The notes beneath the pieces were generated by a model, which searched no databases, was not told where the DNA came from, and saw nothing but the letters and a program-made list of their open reading frames with translations. From Flavobacteriales bacterium (GTDB taxonomy: Bacteria; Bacteroidota; Bacteroidia; UBA10329): a stretch of 64,000 nt of DNA. Numbering within the stretch: position 1 is the first letter of the stretch; the number at the start of each line of letters is the position of its first letter. This document shows positions 1 through 11,630 of this stretch, one piece after another. Made by a program: the position numbers and the translations under genes. Where the stretch lies: the NCBI GenBank assembly GCA_018402015.1, contig JAGYJL010000008.1, positions 13,762-77,761 on the forward strand. Reading direction: 5' to 3'.

Positions 1-40
1 GTTGGAAGAAAATATTGAGTGATTTCAAATCACAAGAGCA

Positions 41-2894
<2,854 letters not shown>

Positions 2895-2966
2895 ACTGTT
2901 GCGATTTAGAATTACAAAATATTTTCTTCCCTCATTGTCAATATCAACTCTGGTTGATATAAAGCT

Positions 2967-3079
<113 letters not shown>

Positions 3080-3087
3080 TTTATTTT

Positions 3088-3121
3088 AACCCCGACTAAG
3101 ATTATTAGTCGGGGTTTTTTT
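3088..3121 (+). terminator. Rho-independent terminator of the rRNA operon
   Basis: Perfect 9-bp stem ccccgacta (3090-3098) / tagtcgggg (3106-3114), loop agattat, then T7 (3115-3121). Confidence 0.85.
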
Positions 3122-5039
3122 GTTTGATGTACTTTCGAACGCTTTGTCATTCATAACACGGATTTCCTTTATCATTCTGATCTCTGGACTGATTTTCAGT
3201 TCAGATGTTGTCTACGGGCAGAAAAAAGGATTTTTCCATGTTGATTCTCTATTTCCTTCCAATGTTTCTGATACGCTGAACGTGAAGCAATTTCGCTTTG
3301 AGGATTGGGTTTATTCGGAAGATGGACGGTATCTGCTTAATGCCTTAGACGGAACTCACAATTATTCTCCTCTTTATGATCAATCTCAGGTAAGGAATGA
3401 CCTAGGGAATATCGGTTCGGCCAACCATGTTATGCTGTATGAATGGAATAGGCCGTTCGGATTTCATTTAAGGACGAGCAGGAACGCGTTCTGGAAAGGT
3501 TTGAACCGTAGAAACATCCTTCTTTCTGATAAGATGTTCTCTAACGTTCAGTATTCTAATGGGGTTAATAGAGAGAATTACCTGGTAGCGAATTTTACAC
3601 GAGGATTCGGTGAACTACTGGATCTTGGATTCTCGTTCACTCGGATAAATTCCACTGGATTCTATGAGGCACAGCAGAATACGATAACAGATATCTCGAT
3701 CTTTGGTACGTTTCATTCTAAGGATGAGCGGTATAGAGCAGCTGTAATTGTTGATTATTCCAATCTGAAGGCTGAAGAGAATGGTGGTTTGGAGAATGAT
3801 TCGGTTTTTGAGAATAATCTGACCACGGGCAGGAATTTCATTGCTGTGAATCTGCCTCAATCAACCAATCATTGGAAGGGTTTTGATGTAGGATTGGAGC
3901 ACCGATTTTTTCTGATGAAGCAGGATTCATCTTCTCATATGAAGGGTTTGCGTCCTGCTGTTTCGCATAGTTTTTCTGCTGAACGTCATAGTATGGTGTA
4001 TCGGAATGTGCCAGATACTGTCTCAAAGTACTACGAGAATATCTTTTCGGATACGAGTGCGACCTACGATTCTACCAACCTGCTTGGTGTGACGAATACG
4101 CTTCGATTTGAATTAGTGAAGCCGGATTCGGTGAAGGATAGGATCATTAACCGGTTGGCTGTTGGCGCTGAACATGCTTACCATCGTGTTTCGTATGATT
4201 CGAGCTATGTGGATCATATCCATAACGTTTCGGTTGTGGCGAATGTGAACGGTAAGTTGTTTGGGAAGCTCGATTGGCAGGCGAATGGAAACTTTATGGT
4301 GTTCGGTTTCAATATTTGGGACCTGAAGGTTGATGGGCAATTTGATTACGCGGTTGGTAGGAGTAGGTTCACTGCGTTTCTGGACTATAGTCTTTACAGG
4401 CCTGATTACATTTCTTCGACTTACGTGAGTAACCATTTTGTTTGGAAGAACGATTGGTTGCAGACGCAGCATTTGACCACTGGCTTGGTGTATAAGCAGG
4501 AGAAATTGCGGTTCAGGGGGACGTTTTCTTACCATTTGATTGACAATTTGGTGATGTATGGTGTGGACCGATTGCCGTATCAGAGCTCTTCGGTGAATCA
4601 GTTGATGGTGCTACGGATGGAGGAGCATTTCAGGTTGCGTTGGTTTCATTTGATCGTTGATGGGGCTGTGCAATGGAAAATGACGGGTGATGATATCCGT
4701 ATTCCTGTGGCTTTGGGTCGTGGGATGTTCTACTATCAGAATGATCTTTTTAAGAAGAAATTACGCTTGCAGGTTGGGGTTGAGGCGAGTTATTCTACGA
4801 GCTATTTTGCGAATGCGTACAATCCTGCCTTGTCTGAGTTTCATATTCAGAATGATAGGCAGGTTGGGAATTATCCGTACTTGGATGTTTTTCTGAATCT
4901 GCGGGTGAAGAAGCTTCGGGCGTTTGTGAAGTTCACTCACATTAACGCGGGTTGGCTGGGGTATAACTATTATATGGTTCCTAATTATCCGGCCAATGAT
5001 TTTGCTTGGAAGTTCGGTGTGGTGGGCGTTTTGGATTGA
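3120..5039 (+). CDS. Outer-membrane beta-barrel protein, Bacteroidota 'putative porin'-like
   Basis: 639-aa ORF. It has a signal-like N-terminus (ISFIILISGLIFSSDVVYGQ). The body is rich in Y/F/N/G with an alternating pattern, and the C-terminal part (NYPYLDVFLNLRVKKLRAFVKFTHINAGW) matches my memory of the Porin_10-type family. The start is uncertain: TTG 3120 lies in the terminator T-tract, and in-frame TTG 3144 is an alternative. Confidence 0.7.
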   Translation: MFDVLSNALSFITRISFIILISGLIFSSDVVYGQKKGFFHVDSLFPSNVSDTLNVKQFRFEDWVYSEDGRYLLNALDGTHNYSPLYDQSQVRNDLGNIGSANHVMLYEWNRPFGFHLRTSRNAFWKGLNRRNILLSDKMFSNVQYSNGVNRENYLVANFTRGFGELLDLGFSFTRINSTGFYEAQQNTITDISIFGTFHSKDERYRAAVIVDYSNLKAEENGGLENDSVFENNLTTGRNFIAVNLPQSTNHWKGFDVGLEHRFFLMKQDSSSHMKGLRPAVSHSFSAERHSMVYRNVPDTVSKYYENIFSDTSATYDSTNLLGVTNTLRFELVKPDSVKDRIINRLAVGAEHAYHRVSYDSSYVDHIHNVSVVANVNGKLFGKLDWQANGNFMVFGFNIWDLKVDGQFDYAVGRSRFTAFLDYSLYRPDYISSTYVSNHFVWKNDWLQTQHLTTGLVYKQEKLRFRGTFSYHLIDNLVMYGVDRLPYQSSSVNQLMVLRMEEHFRLRWFHLIVDGAVQWKMTGDDIRIPVALGRGMFYYQNDLFKKKLRLQVGVEASYSTSYFANAYNPALSEFHIQNDRQVGNYPYLDVFLNLRVKKLRAFVKFTHINAGWLGYNYYMVPNYPANDFAWKFGVVGVLD

Positions 5040-5130
5040 GGGTTTTAGTAATTAGGAGTTGGGAATTAGGAATTAGGAATTGTGATTGACGATTGATGAT
5101 TGACGAATTACGATTGATGATGCTTCGGAA
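5040..5130. repeat. Low-complexity 'word' repeats (aattagg and gattga/gatgat units)
   Basis: Read directly: taattaggagttgggaattaggaattaggaattg, followed by tgattgacgattgatgattgacgaattacgattgatgatg. No ORF. Confidence 0.8.
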
Positions 5131-5201
5131 TTGGAGTCTGTTCAATAAACTGTGTCAGTTGTCATAGAGATAGATATTTGATAACCAGATAGACACAGAA
5201 A

Positions 5202-6415
5202 ATGGAAGAACAAGGAATGACAAATTTGACTATGCCAACTTTGAGAAGGAGGCGATAGAAGTTGAAGAACGGTAAGGAACTGGGTGGCAGGACAGGTTCT
5301 GGGTCCCATGCTCAAGCGGTGAAGCAGCCATGGAAGGCGAGCTAGATGCCCACCTGAAGGATACGGACACCCCCAACAGGCACAACGGCAAGATGGGCAA
5401 GAAGCTTAAGACGGGCTTCGGTAGCATAGAAGTGAACGCCCAGAGACCGTAACAGCAGCTTTGAACCGCAGATACTCCCCAAGCGACAGACCACCTTGGA
5501 GCGCATCGTTGGACCATAAAGTGTTAAGCCTTTACGGCATTGGCATGAGCTACGCGGACATCTGCGCCCACTTGGAGGAACTCTATGGGGTTACACCACC
5601 TCTCCGGCCACACTGAGTGCGATGCGCCCGACCGCGATTATAGATGGTGAAGGCCTGGCAAGGCCGCCCCTTGGAAGAGAGCGTCTACCCGTTCGTGGCT
5701 GGACGCGATACGCACAAGGTGAAGAAGGAGAACGGGAGGTATCCCGCAGCAAGGCCGGTAATACTGCATGCTGGGCGTGAACCGTGAGGGCATCAGGAAC
5801 TGCTGGGCATGTATGTGGGAGAGAACAGAAGAGGGCACGGTTCTGGCTCAGCGTCATCTCCGATGCAGAACCGTGGTGTGAAGGACATCATCATAGCCGA
5901 GTATCGACAACCTCAAGGGACTGTCCAATGCCATCAAAAGCGTGTTTCCGATACCCCAGGCTCGCTCTTGCATCGTCCATCAGATACGCAACTCCATGAG
6001 ATACGTGCCACACAAGAGCAAGGCTACCGTGCTCAAGGGCCTCAAACAGGTCTATCAGGCCCCATCAATGGATCAAGCAGAGGTTACTCTGGCCAATCTC
6101 GAAGAGGTAAGGCAAGCAATACCTGCGATGGTCAACAGCTGGCTCAACAACTGGGAAGAACTCAGTAATTACTTCAAGTACCCAGAGGACATCCGTAGAA
6201 GGATATACACCGCCAACCCCATAGAGAGCTTTCACAGTCAGCTGCGAAAGGTGACCAAGACCAAGCGCGTTTTTCCTTCGGACATGGCCCTACTCAAGCT
6301 GCTTTACCTCGTTCAGGAAAATGTCAGAAAGAACTGGACAAGACCACTTAATGGATGGAATCTTACAATGTCACAGATGATGATCATATTTGAAAAACGC
6401 TTGATACAACCCTGA
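5202..6415 (+). pseudogene. IS256-family (Mutator-type) transposase, multiply frameshifted
   Basis: The intact C-terminal ORF 5942-6415 (VFPIPQARSCIVHQIRNSMRYV...IYTANPIESFHSQLRKVTKTKRVFPSDMALLKLLYL) is the typical IS256 transposase C-terminus. Upstream pieces are readable only by switching frame about every 30-100 nt (FDYANFEKEAIE, EAAMEGELDAHLKD, RNSSFEPQILPKRQTTL, LSLYGIGMSYADICAHLEELYG, YPFVWLDAI, LLGMYVGEN, FWLSVISD, NRGVKDIII, DNLKGLSNAIKSVFP). Confidence 0.85.
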
Positions 6416-6540
6416 AGGTTGGCCGCGGCCAACCTTCAGGGTTGACACAGTTCGTTGAACAGACCCAAGGTTGGCCGCGGCCAACCTTCAGGGTTGACAC
6501 AGTTCGTTGAACAGACCCCACAGTTCGTTGAACAGACCCC
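6410..6540. repeat. 32-nt perfect palindrome plus 52-bp tandem duplication (2.4 copies) of the IS right end
   Basis: The palindrome ccctgaaggttggccgcggccaaccttcaggg (6410-6441) overlaps the transposase stop codon. The unit aaggttggccgcggccaaccttcagggttgacacagttcgttgaacagaccc occupies 6415-6466 and repeats at 6467-6518. A 21-nt partial copy follows at 6520-6540. Confidence 0.9.
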
Positions 6541-6548
6541 ATAATTTA

Positions 6549-6801
6549 GTCTTACAGTTTCGGAATCGGGTCTTACACTGCCAAGATTTCATCTTGCACT
6601 GCCACAATTTCATCTTGCAGTGTCTAAATTGAGTCTTACAGTATCCAAATCGGGTCTTACAGTGTCCAAATCGGGTCTTACAGTATCCAAATCGGGTCTT
6701 GCAGTGCCCAAATCGGGTCTTACATTACCCAAATCGAGTCTTGCAGTCTCGGAATCGGGTCTGACACTACCATAGTTTCGTCTTACACTGAAGGTCTTGT
6801 C
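6549..6801. repeat. Tandem array of about 12 copies of a 21-bp unit (consensus tcttacagtatccaaatcggg)
   Basis: Units were read head to tail. Three near-identical central copies are at 6634-6654, 6655-6675 and 6676-6696. The flanking copies are progressively more diverged, and one unit is 22 nt. There are no spacers and no ORF of 60 aa or more. Confidence 0.9.
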
Positions 6802-6846
6802 CTCCTTTGAGTCCTCTTTATTAGTTTGGGATTTTTAGGATTGATC

Positions 6847-7014
6847 TAGGCTTCGAGAGCCTCAGCCTGAGCGTTGCGCTAAGGATGGAAGCGGCATCCT
6901 TTTTCATTCACTTACACTTCGAGAACCTCAGTGTCCGTTCTGAAAAAGATATAGCGGACAGCCTGACCCCGCAGTTGGTGTTTGGTGGGTTTTAGGCTTC
7001 GAGAGCCTCAGCCT
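6847..7014. repeat. Dispersed 22-nt direct repeat taggcttcgagagcctcagcct (two exact copies, one degenerate)
   Basis: Exact copies are at 6847-6868 and 6993-7014. A degenerate copy cacttcgagaacctcagtg is at 6915-6933. Each contains an imperfect hairpin aggct-tcgag-agcct. Confidence 0.8.
6881..6906 (+). terminator. Orphan terminator-like hairpin
   Basis: Stem aaggatg (6881-6887) / catcctt (6895-6901), followed by a T-run. No intact upstream gene on this strand. Confidence 0.3.
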
Positions 7015-7091
7015 ACGAGCAAAGCCATGTTGAAGTGATGCGGGGGAGCGCCCAAATGAAAGGACATATGTTGCTAGTTGACCACCCCCGA

Positions 7092-7151
7092 CCCCTCCTT
7101 ACAAGGAGGGGAGTTATGAGTAAATTCCTCCTTGCAAGGAGGGGAGGAATT
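7092..7151. repeat. Pair of GGAGGGG-type hairpins (cccctcctt-aca-aaggagggg; cctcctt-gc-aaggagg)
   Basis: cccctccttacaaggagggg is at 7092-7111 and cctccttgcaaggagg at 7127-7142. There is an alternative outer pairing aattcctcc (7123-7131) / ggaggaatt (7143-7151). The pair sits directly 3' of the minus-strand gene ending at 7150 and probably acts as its terminator structure. Confidence 0.7.
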
Positions 7152-8442
7152 ATGTTTTCTGTTTTTTCTTGCGGGCTGCAGGAAAAAGGATGTTGTTGAG
7201 GATGAGTCTGTAGCCGGGAGAATCGGGGTGGAGGTTGAGGTCGGTTGGTGGATCGTAGACGAAGTGTTGGTAGTCCTCGGGATCGTGGCCTCCGTAGAAT
7301 GTCCATTGTCCGTTGCCGAGTGTGCCGTGTATGTAGCGGGCTTCTTCGAGTGATTTGTTCTCGCCCATGATGAGGACGTCTGATTTGATGTGTTGTTTAC
7401 GGAAGGCGGTGGTTTGGCCCATGAAGCCTTTTATGATCTGCTGGTGGTTTTGGCAGAGCATGGTTGGAACTGGATCCCACTTGGCGGAGAATTCGAAGAG
7501 GGAGAAGAAATCTGTTTTTTCGGTGACCTTGCTTTGTCTGTACCTGGTGGCGTCTATGTCTGAGAATTCGTACTCTGCAGGATTTGTGGAGAGTCGGAAC
7601 TTTTCGAACGCAAAACAATTATCGTAATCGAGGCTACTGTTGTAGTTGGGTGTGGTTGCGTCTCCATCGAACATGGATTCGCAGATATCGAGTTTGTGTG
7701 CTGAGAGGGCGATATCGTATGAATCGGTTCCGGAACACATGGCAAACAGGAATCCTCCGCCAACGGTGTATTCTTTGATCTTATTGGCCACTGCGAGTTT
7801 GAGTTCGGATACTTTATTGAAGCCGTTCTTTCTGGCCATGTTCTCGGAGTAACTGACCTGTTCTTGATACCATGGGGTGTTACGGTATGAGTTCCAGAAA
7901 CGGCCGTATTGACCGGTAAAGTCTTCGTGATGGAGGTGTAGCCAATCGTATAGAAGTAGCTTGCCGTCCAATACTTCTTGATCGTAAACTACTTCGTACG
8001 GTACTTCTGCATAGGTGAGTACGAGGGTTACGGCATCGTCCCAGGGTTGTTTGTTCTTAGGACTGTAGACGGCAATTTTGGGGACCTTCTCCAGTTTTGC
8101 CACATCCATGTTCACTTCGGGGTCGGCTATCTGCTGTAGAATGGCTGTTGATTGTGCATCTGCAATGATCTCGAAACTGACGCCTCTGATGCGGCATTCG
8201 TCTTCGATCTGCTTGGCGTATTTGCACATGAAACTGCCTCCGCGATAATTGAGCAGCCAATCTACTTCGACCTCTGCCTGTAGTACCCAATAGGCAATTC
8301 CGTAGGCTTTGAGGTGATTTTTCTGTGTATCGTCCATTGGGATGAGAAGATAGGCCGCCATTGCTTGGCCTACCGTCAGCACCAGTAGAAACGTTACTGC
8401 AATTGATCTAAAAAACCGAGTCGTCATCATCTTCAACATCAT
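7150..8442 (-). CDS. Conserved secreted protein of unknown function (family often auto-annotated 'asparagine synthetase B' in Flavobacteriia)
   Basis: 430-aa ORF with a signal peptide (FFRSIAVTFLLVLTVGQAMAA). The N-terminal block LLIPMDDTQKNHLKAYGIAYWVL...WLLNYRGGSF matches my memory of this family, which lies downstream of dnaB. It overlaps the dnaB 3' end by 35 nt. Confidence 0.65.
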   Translation of the reverse strand: MMLKMMTTRFFRSIAVTFLLVLTVGQAMAAYLLIPMDDTQKNHLKAYGIAYWVLQAEVEVDWLLNYRGGSFMCKYAKQIEDECRIRGVSFEIIADAQSTAILQQIADPEVNMDVAKLEKVPKIAVYSPKNKQPWDDAVTLVLTYAEVPYEVVYDQEVLDGKLLLYDWLHLHHEDFTGQYGRFWNSYRNTPWYQEQVSYSENMARKNGFNKVSELKLAVANKIKEYTVGGGFLFAMCSGTDSYDIALSAHKLDICESMFDGDATTPNYNSSLDYDNCFAFEKFRLSTNPAEYEFSDIDATRYRQSKVTEKTDFFSLFEFSAKWDPVPTMLCQNHQQIIKGFMGQTTAFRKQHIKSDVLIMGENKSLEEARYIHGTLGNGQWTFYGGHDPEDYQHFVYDPPTDLNLHPDSPGYRLILNNILFPAARKKKQKT

Positions 8443-9940
8443 CCAGATCGTCCATTCTTGACATTTTGGTCATCACATTCGGATTGTCGAATTCGGAAGA
8501 GCGGGGCATCATGCCGCCAGCAATGCTGAATTCGGGATCGTCATAGTTTGTGAATTTGGCCAAGGTATTAACGAAACGCAATGGAACGGTTCCTGTTGCA
8601 CCACTACGATGTTTTGCAACAATAAGCTCTGTAAGACCTTCTGTTGGCAGGTTTGTTTCCTCCGAGGTTTCTATGCCATAGTACTCTGGACGGTAGAGGA
8701 ACATGACCATATCTGCATCTTGCTCGATTGCGCCCGATTCACGAAGGTCGGAAAGCATTGGTCGCTTGGTTCCGCCACGGGTTTCAACCGCACGACTTAA
8801 CTGAGAAAGGGCAATTACCGGAACGTTCAATTCTTTGGCCAAACTCTTCAAGGATCGGGAGATGGTACTGATCTCCTGTTCGCGGTTTCCTTTCATGTTG
8901 GAACCTGCGGTCATCAATTGAAGGTAGTCGATGATGATGATCTGAATATCGTGCTGAGCTTTCAGTCTTCGGCATTTTGCGCGCAATTCAAATACGGAAA
9001 GTGCAGGAGTATCGTCAATGTAGATAGGAGCTTCGCCCAATTGTTTAAGTGAGGCGTGCATGTGTTCCCAGTCGTTCTTATCCAAGCTTCCTTTTTTGAG
9101 TTTCTCGCCCGGAATGCCAGATTCGCTCGAGATCAAACGATTGACCAATTGAACGGAGGCCATCTCTAGCGAGAAGAACGCAACGGGTTTTTTAAAATCC
9201 ACAGCAATGTTCCGTGTCATGGAAAGAACGAAGGCTGTTTTACCCATTGCAGGACGAGCAGCAATGATGAGCAGGTCTGAACCTTGCCATCCGTTGGTCA
9301 TTTTATCGAGTTCGCTGAAACCGGTTGCTACGCCCGTAATACCACCGTCTTTGCTGGCTGCTTCTTCTACTTCCTGAAGCGCTTTTTTTACCAACACGCT
9401 CATGCTGTCGTAGCTTTTGCGCAGGTTGCCTTCTGCTACCGCAAATAGGCTCGATTCGGCCTTGTCCAACAGGTCAAGCACATCGGTAGTGTCTTCAAAA
9501 GCTTCGTGGTAGGTGTCGCCAGAAACCCGTATCAATTCCCGTTGAATGAATTTCTGGGCAATGATGCGCGCATGGAATTCTGCATTGGCAGAAGATGCAA
9601 CGCGGTCGGTAAGTTGACTTACGAAGTATGGTCCGCCAACCAGATCCAAACTGCCTTCTTTTTTCAACCAGTTGGTTACCGTAAGGATATCAATAGGTTC
9701 GCTTTTGCTGAAAAGGTCGGTAATGGCCTCGAAGATCTTCTGATGCTCTATGCGATAGAAACTTTCCGGTTTCAGAATCTCCACCACATCATTCAAAGCA
9801 TCACTTTCCAGCATCAATGCGCCAAGCACCGCCTCTTCCAGATCGGTTGCGTTGGGTGGTACTTTTCCGTGATCTAACGCTGGCGTTGAATTGGTATAAG
9901 TAGCTGGTTTCCTTCTGCGTTCTTTTATCTCTTGCGCCAT
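8408..9940 (-). CDS. dnaB: Replicative DNA helicase DnaB
   Basis: 510 aa. Contains the N-terminal DnaB domain (PPNATDLEEAVLGALMLE), Walker A ARPAMGKTAF, Walker B IIIIDYLQLM, and SRSLKSLAKELNVPVIALSQLSR. No intein. Confidence 0.97.
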   Translation of the reverse strand: MAQEIKERRRKPATYTNSTPALDHGKVPPNATDLEEAVLGALMLESDALNDVVEILKPESFYRIEHQKIFEAITDLFSKSEPIDILTVTNWLKKEGSLDLVGGPYFVSQLTDRVASSANAEFHARIIAQKFIQRELIRVSGDTYHEAFEDTTDVLDLLDKAESSLFAVAEGNLRKSYDSMSVLVKKALQEVEEAASKDGGITGVATGFSELDKMTNGWQGSDLLIIAARPAMGKTAFVLSMTRNIAVDFKKPVAFFSLEMASVQLVNRLISSESGIPGEKLKKGSLDKNDWEHMHASLKQLGEAPIYIDDTPALSVFELRAKCRRLKAQHDIQIIIIDYLQLMTAGSNMKGNREQEISTISRSLKSLAKELNVPVIALSQLSRAVETRGGTKRPMLSDLRESGAIEQDADMVMFLYRPEYYGIETSEETNLPTEGLTELIVAKHRSGATGTVPLRFVNTLAKFTNYDDPEFSIAGGMMPRSSEFDNPNVMTKMSRMDDLDDVEDDDDSVF

Positions 9941-9942
9941 AA

Positions 9943-10236
9943 TTAATTCACTCTTAACTTCTGATTCTTTTCGTGTTTCCTTAATTCCACTTGTTGCTTT
10001 ACAACTTGCAGCACCATGAAAACCGTGGCTCCAATAAGCAATGCAAGCACCAAATATGAGATGAGATTCTTGCTGTTCTTTTTCCAGTAACGCTGAATCT
10101 TATAACCCTTGGGGCGTTTCTTTATTTTGACCCGCTCGCGGTATTTGATCCTGATCTTCTGCTTCTGCCTTTCTCCGCTCGACCTGCTTGCGGATGAACC
10201 ATCGTTGTGGTCTTCTGACATGGAATCTTCACTCAT
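9943..10236 (-). CDS. Small membrane protein with a highly basic N-terminal region, unknown function
   Basis: 97-aa ORF ending 2 nt before the dnaB start. It has a K/R-rich segment (KQKIRIKYRERVKIKKRPKGYKIQRYWKK) followed by one TM helix (LISYLVLALLIGATVFMVLQVV). Confidence 0.5.
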   Translation of the reverse strand: MSEDSMSEDHNDGSSASRSSGERQKQKIRIKYRERVKIKKRPKGYKIQRYWKKNSKNLISYLVLALLIGATVFMVLQVVKQQVELRKHEKNQKLRVN

Positions 10237-10340
10237 CTTTCTACGTTACAAATTAACGCTTTTGAGTGCGGTTGCCAAGCCATGAATTACAAACGATTTG
10301 CCCATTGTGGTTGTTGAAACAGAGTGGATAACTTTGACCA

Positions 10341-11630
10341 ATGAGATTTTGGAAAAATCTATCCATCTGGGCTCTAGGCTTTTTGCTAACATTTCATTCT
10401 TGTAAGGAGAAGGATGAACAGTTTCCTGCCGTAACAATCGCTCAGCCAAGTAACGGAACTACGTACCAGGTTTATGATACGGTACGGGTTTCGTATTCTG
10501 CTTCTGACGAAAATGAACTGGTCTCGGTCATTGCACAGTTGCTGAATCAGAATCAAATTCCAATTGGAGCGCAAGCTATAGCCGATCTGAACGGTAATTT
10601 CAATTCAGGTACGTTAGAATTACCCATTACCGATAAACTCACTGCTTCTGGCACGTATTACGTTCTGGTAAAGGCGTTTGATGGAACCAATGAGCAGCGG
10701 AAATTCGTTCAGATCTATATCAACGCCTTACCAAAGAAAAGGAGGGCCATTTATGTAGCTTCTTATAATGAGAATGATGCGCAACTTTGGAAGATCGACT
10801 CACTTTTTCAGGTGGCCGAAATGTGGCGATCGGCAGGGCAGGACGTGCTTAAGTTGCAGGTCAATTCTTTAGACGATAAGTTGTCTGTTGCTGGTCGTTT
10901 CTCCACCAGACTTGCCACTTACCAATTAGCATCCAGAACAGTGCTGTGGGAAGATCAGACTTTTCCCGTTTCTCAGACCGAGCGATTCCTAGACCTTTTT
11001 GGTTTTGAGAACACGCTTTACACTTCCTTGTACGATAGAGAAGTGAGAGCTTATTCGAATAACGGTGCATTGGTTATGAATAGACCAACTGGCGATCACA
11101 GGCCGGAAACGATTTATGCGGATGCCACCTTCCTCCTTGTAGAAATGAATCTGGTTGGCGATAACCGCCATTTCATCTATGTGTACAACCGAGCTACGCA
11201 AGCCCTGCTTTGGCAAACGGAATTGCCAATGGATATTGTGGCCATTTGCCCTTTGCAGCAAGATGAAGTACTTGTGTTCGGTAATGCAAATGGTCAGTCT
11301 CGCGTGTTTCATTTCGATATGAGAGAGAACAGCTATTGGGAACCTCGGCAACTGCCAACTGGCGTGGTGCTAACGGCTACCAAAATGAACGGTTTGCAGT
11401 TTGCCATATCACACTCCAACGGCATCTATGCTTATACTTACTCACCCAATTATCTCAATTTGATAAAGGCTGGAAACGTGTATCAGGATGTGTGTTTTGA
11501 CGTAGACAACGGAACGCTTGTTGCGGCTAACGGTAGTATGTTGGAGCAACTCACCATCAACGGCCAGCCCATTGGGGCATTATCACTTTCAGATTCGATC
11601 GTAAGTGTGGATATTCACTACACCAGATGA
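10341..11630 (+). CDS. Lipoprotein of unknown function (N-terminal Ig-like segment plus probable beta-propeller-like body)
   Basis: 429-aa ORF with a lipobox-like signal MRFWKNLSIWALGFLLTFHSC. The stop overlaps the aceK start (ATGA at 11627-11630). Confidence 0.7.
   Translation: MRFWKNLSIWALGFLLTFHSCKEKDEQFPAVTIAQPSNGTTYQVYDTVRVSYSASDENELVSVIAQLLNQNQIPIGAQAIADLNGNFNSGTLELPITDKLTASGTYYVLVKAFDGTNEQRKFVQIYINALPKKRRAIYVASYNENDAQLWKIDSLFQVAEMWRSAGQDVLKLQVNSLDDKLSVAGRFSTRLATYQLASRTVLWEDQTFPVSQTERFLDLFGFENTLYTSLYDREVRAYSNNGALVMNRPTGDHRPETIYADATFLLVEMNLVGDNRHFIYVYNRATQALLWQTELPMDIVAICPLQQDEVLVFGNANGQSRVFHFDMRENSYWEPRQLPTGVVLTATKMNGLQFAISHSNGIYAYTYSPNYLNLIKAGNVYQDVCFDVDNGTLVAANGSMLEQLTINGQPIGALSLSDSIVSVDIHYTR

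Larger units (their letters stand above)
5133..6540 (+). mobile_element. IS256-family insertion sequence, degenerate, with duplicated right terminus
   Basis: The left inverted repeat is ggagtctgttcaataaactgtgtca (5133-5157). The reverse complement of the right end ttgacacagttcgttgaacagacccc is ggggtctgttcaacgaactgtgtcaa, matching 22 of 25 positions. The right end occurs at 6442-6466 and 6494-6519, with a 21-nt partial copy at 6520-6540. The interior encodes an IS256/Mutator-type transposase. No clear target-site duplication was seen. Confidence 0.8.

Noticed and set aside
5230-6168. ORFs 5230-5517, 5591-5857, 5638-5838, 5784-5999 and 5809-6168 as separate genes
   Set aside because: They are out-of-frame or antisense readings of the frameshifted IS256 transposase. 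They are reported once as a pseudogene instead.
6549-6801. Possibility that the 21-bp array is a CRISPR array or a replication origin
   Set aside because: The units abut directly with no spacers and no cas genes are nearby, so it is not a CRISPR array. I see no cluster of DnaA boxes. The only TTATCCAC-like 9-mers are isolated ones at 10324-10331 (reverse strand) and 17073-17081, far from the array, so an oriC call is unsupported.
7013-7353. ORFs 7013-7306 (minus strand) and 7132-7353 (plus strand)
   Set aside because: The first is generated by translating the GGAGGGG hairpin repeats (…PLLARRNLLITPLLVRRGRGW…). The second is antisense to the 3' end of the 430-aa conserved gene. Neither has independent support.
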